64,000 nt of DNA from positions 11,408,001 to 11,472,000 of the forward strand of contig NC_043013.1 in NCBI RefSeq assembly GCF_006345805.1, read 5' to 3'. Under the pieces are notes generated by a model that ran no database searches, was not told where the DNA came from, and saw nothing but the letters and a program-made list of their open reading frames with translations. The stretch is from Octopus sinensis. Lineage: Eukaryota. Both the position numbers and the translations under genes were made by a program. Shown piece by piece: positions 1 through 12,454 of this stretch (position 1 is its first letter; the number at the start of each line of letters is the position of its first letter).

Positions 1-32
<32 letters not shown>

Positions 33-163
33 AAGTGAAAGAGTAGAAAGATAAAGAGATAGGAAGTGAAAGAGTAGATCTTCATTGACAATATTAATGC
101 AAAGAGAAAATTATGCTAAACAGCAACAACAACAATCAAAACGCCATTAACTATCGAGAACAC

Positions 164-231
<68 letters not shown>

Positions 232-251
232 TATTATTATTATTATTATTA

Positions 252-293
<42 letters not shown>
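164..293 (+). repeat. (TTA)n microsatellite
   Basis: Directly visible. Confidence 0.98.
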
Positions 294-294
<1 letters not shown>

Positions 295-528
295 GGTAGT
301 AGTATTTGTAATTTTATTTCATTTTATTTCATTTTATTTTATTTTATTTTATTTTACAGCAAAAAAGGAATGAGCGAGCGCAAACGAAACTTTAATCTGT
401 TGTGGTGTTAGAAATTTTTCAATCGATTAATGCTAATGTCACCCTGAAATGTATATATTAAAGGATATATATTTTATTATTATCTTCTATTTTATTCATT
501 ACTGTTTTATATTTATTGATATATATAC

Positions 529-596
<68 letters not shown>

Positions 597-1437
597 TTGT
601 ATATATATGTATATTATGTATGTATATTTATATTTATTTTATATATTTCTGTTTATCTCCTCATTTTGATATGAAGCGAAACTAATATCACTACATAATT
701 AACTATATCAACATTGACTCCTTTTACGATTCGTAAATCGTCTTGCTCATATTTTCCCCATAATTTTAGCGAGTTGTTTGTTGACTCTTTATGTTTGTTC
801 GTTCGTTCGATCGTTCGTTTGTTTGCTTGTTTGTTTATTTGTTGTTGTTTTTTTAGTTTATTTGGCTTACGTGTGTTTGTTTGTTTGTTTTTCTTTTTGT
901 CTTTTGTTTCATTTGCCGCGAAAAATGTGACGTTCCTCTCCAATGATTTTTAGCTGACATCGGATACGTCATCTAACATTGAATAACGACAGAAGTGCCA
1001 ACAGTGAAAAAGCCTACAAGGTTGTGCGGATATAGGTGTAATACGTGTGTGCATGCAATATATGTAAAGAGGTATGTGTATGTATGTATTTATGTACCCG
1101 TGTATGTATCTAGGTATGTATGTATGCTTCTATCTCTATATGTATATTGGTACGCATTCATGTATGCTCGTGTGAATGTATCTATGTATCAACGTATATA
1201 TGCACAAGAGTGTATGTATATGTATGTAATATTTGTGTATGTATCTATGTATCTTTATTTGTATCGGTTTATATATGTATGTAGATGTGTGCATGTTTTA
1301 TGGGTAGGTGTATATATACACGTATATACGCATATGTGCATGCGTGAATGTGTATGTGTAGATGTATGCATGCATTTATTGGATATAATTGTACTTATTC
1401 ATATATGTGTACATGTCAATGTATATCTATCTATCTG

Positions 1438-1474
<37 letters not shown>

Positions 1475-1475
1475 A

Positions 1476-1507
<32 letters not shown>

Positions 1508-1622
1508 CATCTGTGTATATATATACATGCATGCAAGCACGTGAGTATGTATTTATATATTTATACATATGTACTATGAACATACTTATGTATGTATGCG
1601 TATATATATATTTATGTATATA

Positions 1623-1662
<40 letters not shown>

Positions 1663-1690
1663 CATAATAATATATATATATATATGTGTA

Positions 1691-1731
<41 letters not shown>

Positions 1732-2149
1732 ATATATATATATATACCTGTGAGTACTTAAAAATCTATGATGGCATATATGTAACTATATAGCCATGTG
1801 TGTGTATATGTATTTATATATGTACGTAAGTACGTGTGTATATTTTATTCGTCGTTGTATGTGTGTGTTTGTGCGTTTGTATGTATGATTTATATTTATA
1901 CATACGCATGTGTACATGTATATATGTATTTCAACCTCTCTGTAAGTAGATGTATATGCTTACGTATGATTGATTTGAAACGAATGTATATGTGTAACAT
2001 TTTGTGTATACATGTATATGTGTACGTATTAAGACCGTATGTATATATATGTATTATGAGCGTATATTTATGTGTGTACTTCTGTGTGTGCTTGGGTGTG
2101 TGTGCGTGTGTGTTTGTACATAAATGTGTATAAATGCATTTATAGAGAC

Positions 2150-2261
<112 letters not shown>

Positions 2262-2729
2262 TCTCCCTCAGCATGTATACATATATGCGTATGTAGGTAT
2301 GCATATGTATGCTTGGATAGATGGATGAATGTATGGAGGAAAGGATGGATGGAATCAAAGATGGGTGGATGAATAAAGGTGTGAGTATGTATGGATAGTG
2401 TGAACAAGTTATTGGTAGCAGAGTTAAGTAAGTGTACAGAAAAAGTTGAAAATTTGCTAGGCAATAAATTTCTGCAGGTGGATTGTATTTATCCACAAAG
2501 ACACACTGACACACAGACACACTGACACACACATTCATATAGGCACAGAGAAACACACGAACAAGCACACGCAAACACGCCCATATATATATATATATGT
2601 ACATATACGAGTATATAGGCATGTGTCTATATACTTCAACGTACATGTGCGTACGTATGGATGTATACAAACAAATGCGCTCTCACATGTCTCTCTCCAA
2701 CCATCGCTTCATCTTAGTTTGTATGTATG

Positions 2730-2773
<44 letters not shown>

Positions 2774-2831
2774 CAAATATATATAATTGTATATATAAAC
2801 ACACATATGTATATATATGTATATATATATG

Positions 2832-2871
<40 letters not shown>

Positions 2872-3086
2872 ATATATATATTATATATATATATATAATA
2901 TATATATATATGTATGTATGTATATATATATGTATGTATTTATATATATATGGCCTTGCTTTTTGTTTTTTGAGCCAGAATTAACTAACATATATATATA
3001 TATATATTATATATATATATATATAATATATATATATATATTATATATATATATTATATATATATATTTATATTTATATATATATA

Positions 3087-3665
3087 TTAAGGTCATCCTA
3101 TATGTTCTGTCCGAATTTTGAATAAAGAGAACAAGCGATCAAATGTTATATTTCAATGAAATTTAATTAACAATGTACTTAGCCTGTTTATCTATGACTT
3201 CCTTCCATCTATATACAAACTTTTTCATTCCGTCAATGTAAAGCGCATTTGTTTTCAAAGCGAAGAACTCTGAAATGTCAGTTTCGACCTCCTCCTGGCT
3301 TGCGAAAGTTATGTCCCCCAAATGATTCTGTAAACTACGAAATAAATGGTAGTATGAAGGAGGAAATTTGGGGGAATAAGGTGGATGAGGAATTTTTTTT
3401 CCAACCAAGCTCTTCGATCTTCTGTGATGTGATCTTTGCAGTATGTCGTCGCGCATTGTCCTAATGAAACATCACTCCTTTTGGATTCACTCAAGCTAAT
3501 CTTTTTTTCCTCAAATCCTGGCTCAAACGCTTTAATTGCTGACAGAAAACTTGAGCATTGATTGTTGCATTGGGTGGTAACAACTCAAATTGAATTACTC
3601 CTTTGCAATCCCACCAGATAAAGAGAAGAACCCTTTTCCCATGAAGTTCCCTTTTCAGTTGAGGT
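3087..3665 (-). mobile_element. Mariner (DD34D) transposon, 3' fragment: pseudogenised transposase C-terminus plus probable right TIR
   Basis: Minus-strand translation gives ELHGKRVLLFIWWDCKGVIQFELLPPNATINAQVFCQQLKRL...KGVMFH*DNARRHTAK, then a frameshift at the T-run near 3392-3400 into PHPPYSPKFPPSYYHLFRSLQNHL...RWKEVID. These match the mariner motifs WWD-KGVI, HDNARPH and HPPYSPDLAPSDYHLF. A TIR-like end (TTAAGGTCATCCTATATGTTCTGTCCG) begins at 3087 directly after TA. Confidence 0.93.
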
Positions 3666-3739
3666 TAAGTTGTTTTCCTTTTTACCAAGTCACTGTTTAC
3701 TGCGTTTAACATTTCGATAAAATATCTATTTTTCGTCAC

Positions 3740-4315
3740 CAGACACAAGTATATCCAAAGTCTAGCCGAGTATTTGATAAATAGCGATGAAGGCCGACTG
3801 CAATATGCCAAGAAAGATATGGGTGTAAATGCCGATGAAAGGATGGGTAAGGAAGAGTTTAAACTGAAGAGAAGGGAAAAGAAGACCTTCTTGAAATGAG
3901 AATGCATGGACAGTTTAAAAGGAATACACTGGAAGTTAAGGATAATACAGCATCGTAGGCATGGCTTCAGCGAGGTGGCTTGAAGCGTACCATCGAAAGC
4001 CTGATCATTGCTGCACAAGACTAGGCTCTTGCTACCAATTCAGTGAAGTATGATATTTATAAAACTTCTGATACTGTGGAAAGAGTCTGGAGAATGTGAC
4101 CCATTTGGTAAGTAGATGTGAGAGCCTTGCACAAAAGGAATACAATGACCACCACGATAAAGTCTGTGAGTATCTTCACTGGCTCTTATGCTGTAAATAC
4201 CAGTATGAAGTAACTGAGAAGTGCTATGAGCATGTACAAGTAAAGTTATGCAGGAGGATGGAAAAGTAATGATACTCTGGGACAATGCTTTTCAGACAGA
4301 TCGTGTAGTCGGACA
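3740..4315 (+). mobile_element. R4/Dong-clade non-LTR retrotransposon fragment (thumb, CCHC and start of RLE region), subfamily 1
   Basis: Translates to SLAEYLINSDE...MHGQF...WLQRGGLKRTIESLIIAAQD*ALATN...ENVTHLVSRCESLAQKEY..HDKVCEYLHWLLC...ILWDNAFQTDR. This matches the R4/Dong LHGQF, AAQDQAL, HI.SGC..LA..EY..RHD and LWD..QTD motifs. Stops and deletions are present. Confidence 0.9.
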
Positions 4316-4642
4316 CCATACACCATGTATTGAGAGGGATCCTTTGTGGCTTGGATAATTCACCTCTGGAAACATGCGTGTTTCGTTCGACATCCCTAAA
4401 CAACCCTAATTCAGAGACCTTTTGAGCAGGATGGGTTGCTCGACCAGAAGAAAATTCTAATTGGGCCCCACCTGCAAGGTCATGTGCTGTTTATCTTGAT
4501 ATGAGATCACCGTGTCGCACACATATGGTTGTGATGCATGTGCCTGGTGTACCCTTATCAGGCATTTAGTCATGATGGGTATACTGGGCTTCGTATATTT
4601 TACCCCAGTGTCACTTTGATGGCATGCACTGTTCTCTCACTC
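4316..4642 (+). mobile_element. Element D, 3' half (non-coding interspersed repeat ending CACTGyTCTCTCACTC followed by (AAT)n)
   Basis: Aligns by eye with 19500-19814 and 34580-34899 (AAGAAAATTCTAA, CACCTGCAAGG.CATG, CCCTTATCAG, CGTATATTTTAC.CCAG, GCACTG.TCTCTCACT). Confidence 0.85.
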
Positions 4643-4698
<56 letters not shown>

Positions 4699-4708
4699 TA
4701 ACAATAAC

Positions 4709-4746
<38 letters not shown>

Positions 4747-4801
4747 TAATAATAATAATAATAACAATAACAATAATAATAATAATAATAATAACAATAA
4801 C

Positions 4802-4845
<44 letters not shown>

Positions 4846-4854
4846 TAATAATAA

Positions 4855-4929
<75 letters not shown>
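4643..4929 (+). repeat. (AAT)n microsatellite with AAC interruptions
   Basis: Directly visible; source of the poly-N and poly-L ORFs. Confidence 0.99.
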
Positions 4930-4931
<2 letters not shown>

Positions 4932-6481
4932 TAGAAAGAAATAGAAAATAAGAGTAAGAGAAAGGATCCGTCAATATAGAATACGGAAAGTATCAGTCAA
5001 CAGAAAATAACAGAAGGGATCTGTCAACCTTTAATGAAACTGGTAGACAATGAACACTACTAAGCAACAAAACGAAAAAGAAAAGTACTACGCAAATACA
5101 AAATTAGAGAAGAACGTATGCCTGAGGTAAAAGAAAAGCTAAAGCAACATATATTTGTCAAAGCACAAAGAATACTCTCTTTTGAGAAACGCCAAAGTTT
5201 CTATGAATGAATCATCATTTCTACTCCAAACCCAAAAGATTCTACCAAGAACTTGGCGAAAATAAAATAGATTTCAATGCAGCACCAACAGAAGTGGAAG
5301 AATTTTGGAAAGAAATATGGTCGGCGAAGGAACAACCTGAGCAATAAACCTATCAAAACAACGAACACAGCACCTGAACAACTCTGGATCCTTATAACAA
5401 CCTGAAAATGTCAATCAAGTACTGCAAAAACTAAGCAACTGGGATGCACCTGTGCACAACAAGAACCATAATTTCTAGTTAAAATGCCAAGCAGGAACAC
5501 ATAAAAGCAAGCTGATAAATTTGATGAAATACTAGCAGAGTCATGGAATATGTCTGAATGGCTCACGGAAGGGAAAACCATCTTAATACCCAAATACACT
5601 GAATCTGCAAACCCACAAAGTTACAGAACGATACCGATAAATTGACTTTCTACAGCTTACAAAACCTTTACTGCAATAATATCGCAGTGAATAGGCAAAC
5701 ATCTGGAAGAAAACAAACTGTTTCGAGAAGAACAGAAGGTATGCTGCAAGGGCTCATACGGCTGTAAAGACCAGCTAATGGTCAATAAAGCCATAACTGA
5801 AGACAGCCGCAGAAAGAAGAAGTGTCTAAGTATGACCTGGATCGATTACCGAAAGGATTTTAATAGTATTCCCCACTCATGCATCCTAGAAACAGTAGCT
5901 ATGAACATAGTAGCATCAATAATCAAAAAATATGTAAAACATTCCATGAATAAATGGCAGACAGAACTACAGCTCTAGATAAAGAAGGACTCATAGAAAC
6001 CAAACCGATCCTCATTAGGAGAGGAATATTCCATGGTGATACACTCTTTTCACTCCTCTTCAGCTTGGCACTGACACCTTTATCTGGTATGCTAAACAGA
6101 ACAGGATGTAGATACAACTGTTAATCAGCCATCTCTCGTATATGGATGACCTAAAAGTATATGCTACAAATGACAAACAACTGGAAATGTTACTACAGAT
6201 AGTACATGGATTTACCAATAAAATTTTTCATGAAATTCTGCTTAGAAAATTGTGCCAAAGCGATCCGGAAAAGAGGAAAACTAATGAAGAGTAGCAACGC
6301 CACACTAGATAAATCAAATGAAATAAGAGAATTAGATCGAAGCCAGGCCAACAAATACTTAGGAATCAATGAACTAGTTGCGATTCAGCACAACCAAATG
6401 AAAGAGTATATAGAAAATGAATACTATAAACGAGTTAGATTCGTACTTAAAACAGAGATCAATACGAAAAACAAGATAAAG

Positions 6482-6988
6482 TTTTCTTCAATACAATGCT
6501 CATATTCCGAGAAACAGCAGCAGCAGTTTTAAATCTGTCCTTTTTAACCAACTTTACCATAGCATGATCTTCTCTCTTGGTCGTTTTTCTTGGCCTACCT
6601 GTAGACTTTCTTGCTTCACACGAACCACAATCATCGAAGACCTTAGGAATAACGTGAACAACACTTTTTGACTTGTTAACAATCTTTAGACCCAATACTA
6701 AAATTATCCTTCTTTCGAAGCTTAATAATCTGCTGACGAATTGGTAACGGAGTAAGTGGCATTATATAAACAAAGTACACTGCAGATATCCTTACTAATG
6801 TTTAGTAAACGAACCATCACGTAAACAAATTCAAAACATTATAGTTCGCCGGTTAAATATACTAAAACACGGAGTAAAAGCAACCGTTCTGATCATTTTG
6901 GCCGCCATGGATTTTGCAGTAAATCACTAAATCATCCATAACTTTTGTATTATCCTCTCAAATTACACCAAAATTTGTTGTTTCACTA
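6482..6988 (-). mobile_element. Tc1-like DNA transposon, 5' fragment (HTH DNA-binding region plus upstream sequence), nested in the LINE
   Basis: Minus-strand ERRIILVLGLK...KSTGRPRKTTKREDHAMVKLVKKDRFKTAAAVSR carries the Tc1 GRPRKT/RED linker. The LINE frame stops at TKNKIK (6481) and resumes at NWTL (~6990). Confidence 0.85.
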
Positions 6989-7663
6989 CTCTTAACTGGA
7001 CTCTAAATGAACTAATCGAAATAGACAGGAAAACAAGAAAAATTATGACAGGATTTAAGCTGCACCACCCAAAATCTGACATAGAGGGGCTATATATACA
7101 ACGTATTGAAGGTGGTAGAGGCCTTACACAGCTAGAAAACTATTACAATATAACCACCCATAGGACTACAGAAATACCTACATCAGAAGCAACGCAAACT
7201 AATACAAATAGCCACAAAATACGAAAAATAAAGTGTTTTCAGTTTTTAAAGAAGCTGAAAAATACAAAAAGGAGTCATAGTACCTTACAACTATGAAGGA
7301 AAAGAAGAAACAATAAAAGCTATAATACAACTGAAATCTAAACTAAAATTGTAACAGCAACGGATCATGATAAAAAGATGACAAGAAAAGCCCCTACATA
7401 GCAAATATTAGGTTAAACTAAATAGAAAAGAGATAGACAAAACAAAAATCCTAACAATAGTTGGGAAGCTCAGGACTCAAAAGCGAAGGATTTTTAATTG
7501 TAGCACAAGATTAAATCCTTCCCAAATGAAATCACCAAAAAATATATAAGGAAAAGAAATATAATTTCAGAATATATTGAGATGGAGAAGAAATTATAAA
7601 TCATATTGTCTCTGACTGCCCAGTCCTGGCTAAGAAGGAAAATAATCATAGACACGACAGAAT

Positions 7664-7936
7664 TTTTAGAATTGATTTGTTTTTTTTTTTGTTTTTCTTT
7701 ATTTTTAGTACTTTGAAATTTTGAAAATAAACTAGGATTAGATACCCTATTATTTTTTAGTGTAAAAATTGATTTTTATTTACCTAAGTATTATGAAAAT
7801 GACTAAGATAATTAGTTATTGATTGTTGTTTAAAACTTAAAAGATTTGGCGGTTTTACATATCCAGTTAGGGGAGTTTGTTAATATAATTTGATAATCCA
7901 CATTTTAAACTTACATTTTTTTTAATTGTATATATA
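7664..7936 (+). pseudogene. rrnS: NUMT: nuclear copy of part of the mitochondrial 12S (small subunit) rRNA gene
   Basis: AAACTAGGATTAGATACCCTATTAT at 7729-7753 is the conserved invertebrate 12S site used for the 12Sai primer. It is followed in the correct order by AAACTTAAAAGATTTGGCGGTT (7833-7854), TTAGGGAGTTTGTT, TTGATAATCCAC and TTGTATAT. The composition is T-rich and mitochondrial-like, unlike the A-rich LINE flanks. Confidence 0.93.
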
Positions 7937-8441
7937 CACTTGAAGCTATTCCAACGCTACGGAATAACATCAGAAAAAAGATGGTATAGGCACACGCCAG
8001 AAAAAGTTACAGAAAATCAAAAAGCAACTATACTCTGGGATATGCCAATAAACCCAAATAGAGAAATTAAGGCCAATAGATCGGATATAAGTGCCAGAGA
8101 TCAACAAGAAAGCAAATGATTTCTAATTAGTGTATCAATACCAAAAGATGACAATGTTTCCCTAAAAGAAACGGAGAAACTTTCAAATTACAAAGATCTG
8201 GAAATAGAAGCAACTCAAATGTGGAATCTAAAATTAAATATAGTTCTTATCATAGTAGACGCATTAGGTATGATAAAAAAACATTCAGACAAATAGATAA
8301 ATACAGAAGGACTTACAACTATTTCTTACATACAGGCACCGCACCCATCCTACATTAAATACATTTAATAAAGTGAAAATAGTAGCACTAAAACACACAT
8401 ATATGCATGTATATATATATGAGTATATATGTATGTGAATA

Positions 8442-8511
<70 letters not shown>

Positions 8512-8815
8512 TACAAATACACATATGTATTTGTGTATATATAATATACATATATATATATATATTTATATATATTTACATATATACACATATACATATA
8601 TATATATTTATATGCACATATATATACATATATATATATTTATATACACACATATATATATATACATATATTTTTATATACATATACATATTTATATATA
8701 TTTATATTTAGACACACTGACACACACACACATACACATATGTATATATTTTATGTCCATAATGCTTTTTTTACATCTCTATTTGTAAAAACTTCCTTAA
8801 CATGCCAAAGTTGTT

Positions 8816-9012
8816 AAGGCGGCAATCAGGCTGAATCGTTAACACGCTGGACGGAATGCTTAGCTGTATATCGCTCAGAATCCTCCGAAGTCGACATATC
8901 CTTTCATCCGTTCGTGGTCGATAAATTACGTACCAGTGAAACACTAGAATGAATGTAATCTACTGTATTCCCTCCCTCAAGCTGCCCTTGTGGCGAAAAT
9001 TTGAAATCATTA
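8816..9012 (+). mobile_element. SINE family B, degraded copy
   Basis: AAGGCGGC...GAATCGTTAACACGC...GTCGAC..TCCTTTCATCC.TTCG.GGTCGATAAATTA.GTACCAG, similar to 62281-62513. Confidence 0.8.
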
Positions 9013-9419
9013 TAAATATAGTTTTCACAATGTTAAATGATCATCCTTTTCCCCATTAGATTCGATTCTATGCTGTGTAGATTATTCAGACTAATGGTGG
9101 CTACTCGGCTTGTGAGATCTTGTGTTTTCTTTTATCCAATCTGCGAAGCAAATCGGGTTTATCTCCCTGACGTAGCAGTTAACACAATGTGTCGTTTAAC
9201 ACATTTTGATTTGTTTAATTATCAGGATTATTTACTATATAAAAATTTTATCCTATTCTTCATCAATGTCAAGACTTTTCAATGTATAGAATTCTGTTAT
9301 TTAATTTATTATTTTGGAATTATAAAGTTAATGATTTTGTTTAGAATTTTCGTAGTTCTGTGGGAAGTAGCCTATACACAGACAAAGGGAAATATACGAC
9401 AATTGTTACGAATAAAGTC

Positions 9420-9604
9420 CGTACCAGGACGATTATCCTCCTAGGACAATTACTACCTCCATAGGACAAATCCCCCTCGACAACTACCCTCTTGGACAAT
9501 TACTCTTCTTGTTTAATTAACCCCTCTCCAATATATTAAGAAGTTTTAAATCATCATCTTTTGTCCGCAGGAGTAAATGACCCTGGGGAATGTCCAGACA
9601 TACG
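9420..9604. mobile_element. Degraded MITE-like element with short subterminal GGACAATTAC-type repeats
   Basis: About five GGAC(A/G)A(T/A)T-like units at 9427-9503, with inversely oriented TTGTCC/TGTCC units at 9560-9597; imperfect terminal inversion CGTA...TACG. Confidence 0.4.
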
Positions 9605-9773
9605 TGTGATGTGAGAGGCTGCTAAAATGTGAAAGTCAAGTCAACAGGTATATAACTGCAATGTCAATGAAATGTATAGTGATTGTGTCATTATATATAT
9701 AAATACACGTACACACATATTTGTTGACATACGTGCACACACACAGATTTTATATATTTACTTATAACACACA

Positions 9774-9823
<50 letters not shown>

Positions 9824-10129
9824 CATTCACTTATATATGGGTGTGTGTGTGTGTACACATAATTATACACACTCATTCACATACACATCTATATATAATT
9901 ATGTGCGTACATATGCGTGTGTATACTCTACCCCTACCTCTCTCTCACGCACGATCTCTCTCCCTCTCCCTCTCTCTCTCGCTCTTACCCATATATCACC
10001 TTAAGTGTTCGGCTTTAAACGGTTTTGACGCGACATATTAACATTAACAAAACGTCAAGCTGTTCCCTGACGATAAATTCCTAAAGGGAATCCGTATTAC
10101 TGGTGACGAACAAACAAATAAATAATCAT

Positions 10130-10253
<124 letters not shown>

Positions 10254-11589
10254 GGTTATAATATTTATAGTTTGTTTCCTTATATCCATGTTACTGATAC
10301 CCTTGCGGTAAGGACTTGGGTCTCTAAAATAATCTCATTCATATTTTTCCTACTACAGTTCTCTCATTAATATAATATGGTACTTGTCTTTGACAAGGCA
10401 GAAGGCCAAAGTTATCTTATGTGAACAGGTTATAGTTAGTAGAAGTAGCACAAATTTATACGTAACAATTTTCATTTTAGGGTTAAAAAAAAAAATTAAT
10501 AAACTCAACACAAAAGAAATGGTTTTCTTGGCGCCTCTTGTTGTCATTATTGTTGTCTTGTAGCCATAAATCCATTGGTTCTTAAACAAATATATATCAA
10601 GGCTGACAATCTCTACCTCAAAAATACTATGAATTATTTGACTCTTCCACTTTTTTATTAACGATGAAAATGAAATACTGGCTCTCGCCATAGAATTTTT
10701 CTTTCATCGCCGTGTTGTTAGACAAGTTTTTAAAAACAGCTTAAGACTGTCTTAGTTTTAATAAACATGGCAAAACGTCTCCGTCTTTTTGCAATCTCTA
10801 TTGTTCCGGTCTATGGAAAACATTTTTCTATTAAGTCTTATTCCCGCAGAAATATTATCAAATTAGTCCCAAACGTAACGATACTTTCCTTTTATATTTC
10901 CAGCACTGCCTTGGATCATGTGCCTTCTTTAAAAAATAGAAAGCTGTGATATGAGGGAGATTTGACCGTTTGTTTTATCGTTGATTAGTTGTAGTTCAGC
11001 AATTAGTAAGTAGACCTGTGATGAAATGTGTTCCAATGGTAGCCATTCTACATTTGGCTGTGTATATGGACTCCAGTGCCATATTATCTAATATTTTTGA
11101 AACAGTACGAAGTGATACGCTATTTCAAGCAGATCGAGTGACAGTGGAGGAGATTCCTTGTCGGTGTACGATTTGACTCTATGCAATCGTGCATATGTGT
11201 CTTGATAGATAAATTCTGCTAATATGCTTAAAGTCTAGAGATATAAGATAATATGTCTCGAATCTAGACTGTAAAGTTGATGTCAAATAAGATATTGTTT
11301 TAGAGATTATGTTTTAGTTGTAATTTCTTGGAATTATAACTAAGAAACTTGACTTCTAGAGTAGCTAGAATTGGGAATACATCATTACTTCAATTTCCAT
11401 CAGACGAGATCTCATCAGAAATAAGCATGATACGAGTAAAGAAACCCAAATGTCAAATATTCAGAGATTTGGAATTGCGATTATAAATGTCTATCTCGTA
11501 TGATCGGATTAATGTATTGCAAGTCGTATAACGTATTTGATTTTTTAAATATTGTACATACTAACTAAAGAGACCGATATTATAGAACT

Positions 11590-11700
11590 AGTCTTTAAAA
11601 ATAGTCCTGTGGTGGATTTGTTCGACTAAAACGATTCGAGGTGTGACCCATCATGGCCACTGACAAATAACTGAAACAAGTAAAGGATAAAAGATAATAA
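11590..11700 (+). mobile_element. SINE family A, 3' tail fragment
   Basis: AATAGTCCTGTGGTGGATTTGTTCGACTAAA...CATGGCCAC..CAAATAACTGAAACAAGTAAAGGA matches the tails at 39340-39428 and 26250-26345. Confidence 0.75.
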
Positions 11701-11884
11701 GGTGAAGTATTCCTTTTCTGGAAAGCATAACTTAAGAAAATGCGACTCTTGTATAGGTTTAAACTTAGGTTTACTCAGATAATGAACAACTCAGTTTGTT
11801 AATAGTGGAGGTTGAAGCAGACTGATAGAGGGAGTAGCAATACTAGTGAAATATTTTCTACTATATGCGCAATGTCTGAAATTT

Positions 11885-12066
11885 TTAGTGGAGCGATCTA
11901 GTCGAATACGTCAACCCCAAAGCCCAGCTGATATTTATTTTATCAGCCCCGAATGACTGAAAGGCAAAGTCGAACTGCGGAATTTGAATGTAGAACATAA
12001 AGCCGATAGAAATAACGAGAAGCATTTGTTCGGCATGATAACAATTCTGACTGCTCGCCGCCTTAA
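11885..12066 (-). mobile_element. SINE family B, degraded copy
   Basis: GAAAGGCAAAGTCGAAC..CGGAATTTGAA...TTCTGACTGCTCGCCGCCTT is the reverse complement of the family B head and core. Confidence 0.8.
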
Positions 12067-12454
12067 GTTCCATGTAAAATCTAACTAGTCTTGATTGAGT
12101 GACGATACGAAGTACAACAATATTCGACTTCCTACCAGGCATAGGTGATTTCTACAGTTGCCCTAGATCGACCATTGCAGTATATGTTAACATGGAAGAT
12201 GTAAAACCTACAACAGCCATAGATATATACATACCCATATACATATACATATATACACACATAAAGATATGTGTGTGTGAGCGTGTGTGTTTGTATGTAC
12301 ACACTAACGTACGTATATACATATATACATGCTTGCACGTATACTCGTAAATATATGTATGTATTTGCATATACATGCATGTGTATATACATACACGCAC
12401 ACACGCACATATATATACACAAATACAGACGCACAATTATATATATATATATAT

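Larger units (their letters stand above)
4950..8370 (+). mobile_element. R4/Dong-clade LINE, 5'-truncated and degraded (RT, CCHC, RLE endonuclease), interrupted by a Tc1 fragment and a NUMT; subfamily 2
   Basis: Motifs occur in order: KLKQHIFVKAQRI, VEEFWKEIW, WLTEGKTILIPK, EEQKVCCKGSYGCKDQLMVNKAI, SMTWIDYRKDFNSIPHS, RGIFHGDTL, SHLSYMDDLKVYA, NWTLNELIEIDRKTRKIMT..LHHPKSDIEGLYIQRIEGGRGLTQLE, NHIVSDCPVLAKKE..HRHDR, TILWDMP..NREIKANRSDI, KETEKLSNYKDLEIE, GTAPIL. Many stops and frameshifts. Confidence 0.95.

Noticed and set aside
950-1040. Possible plus-strand exon after TTTTTAG
   Set aside because: Stops in all three frames and only weak donor sites.
10353-10691. 112-aa minus-strand ORF in non-repetitive DNA
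   Set aside because: AT-rich composition typical of a chance ORF; no motif recognised.
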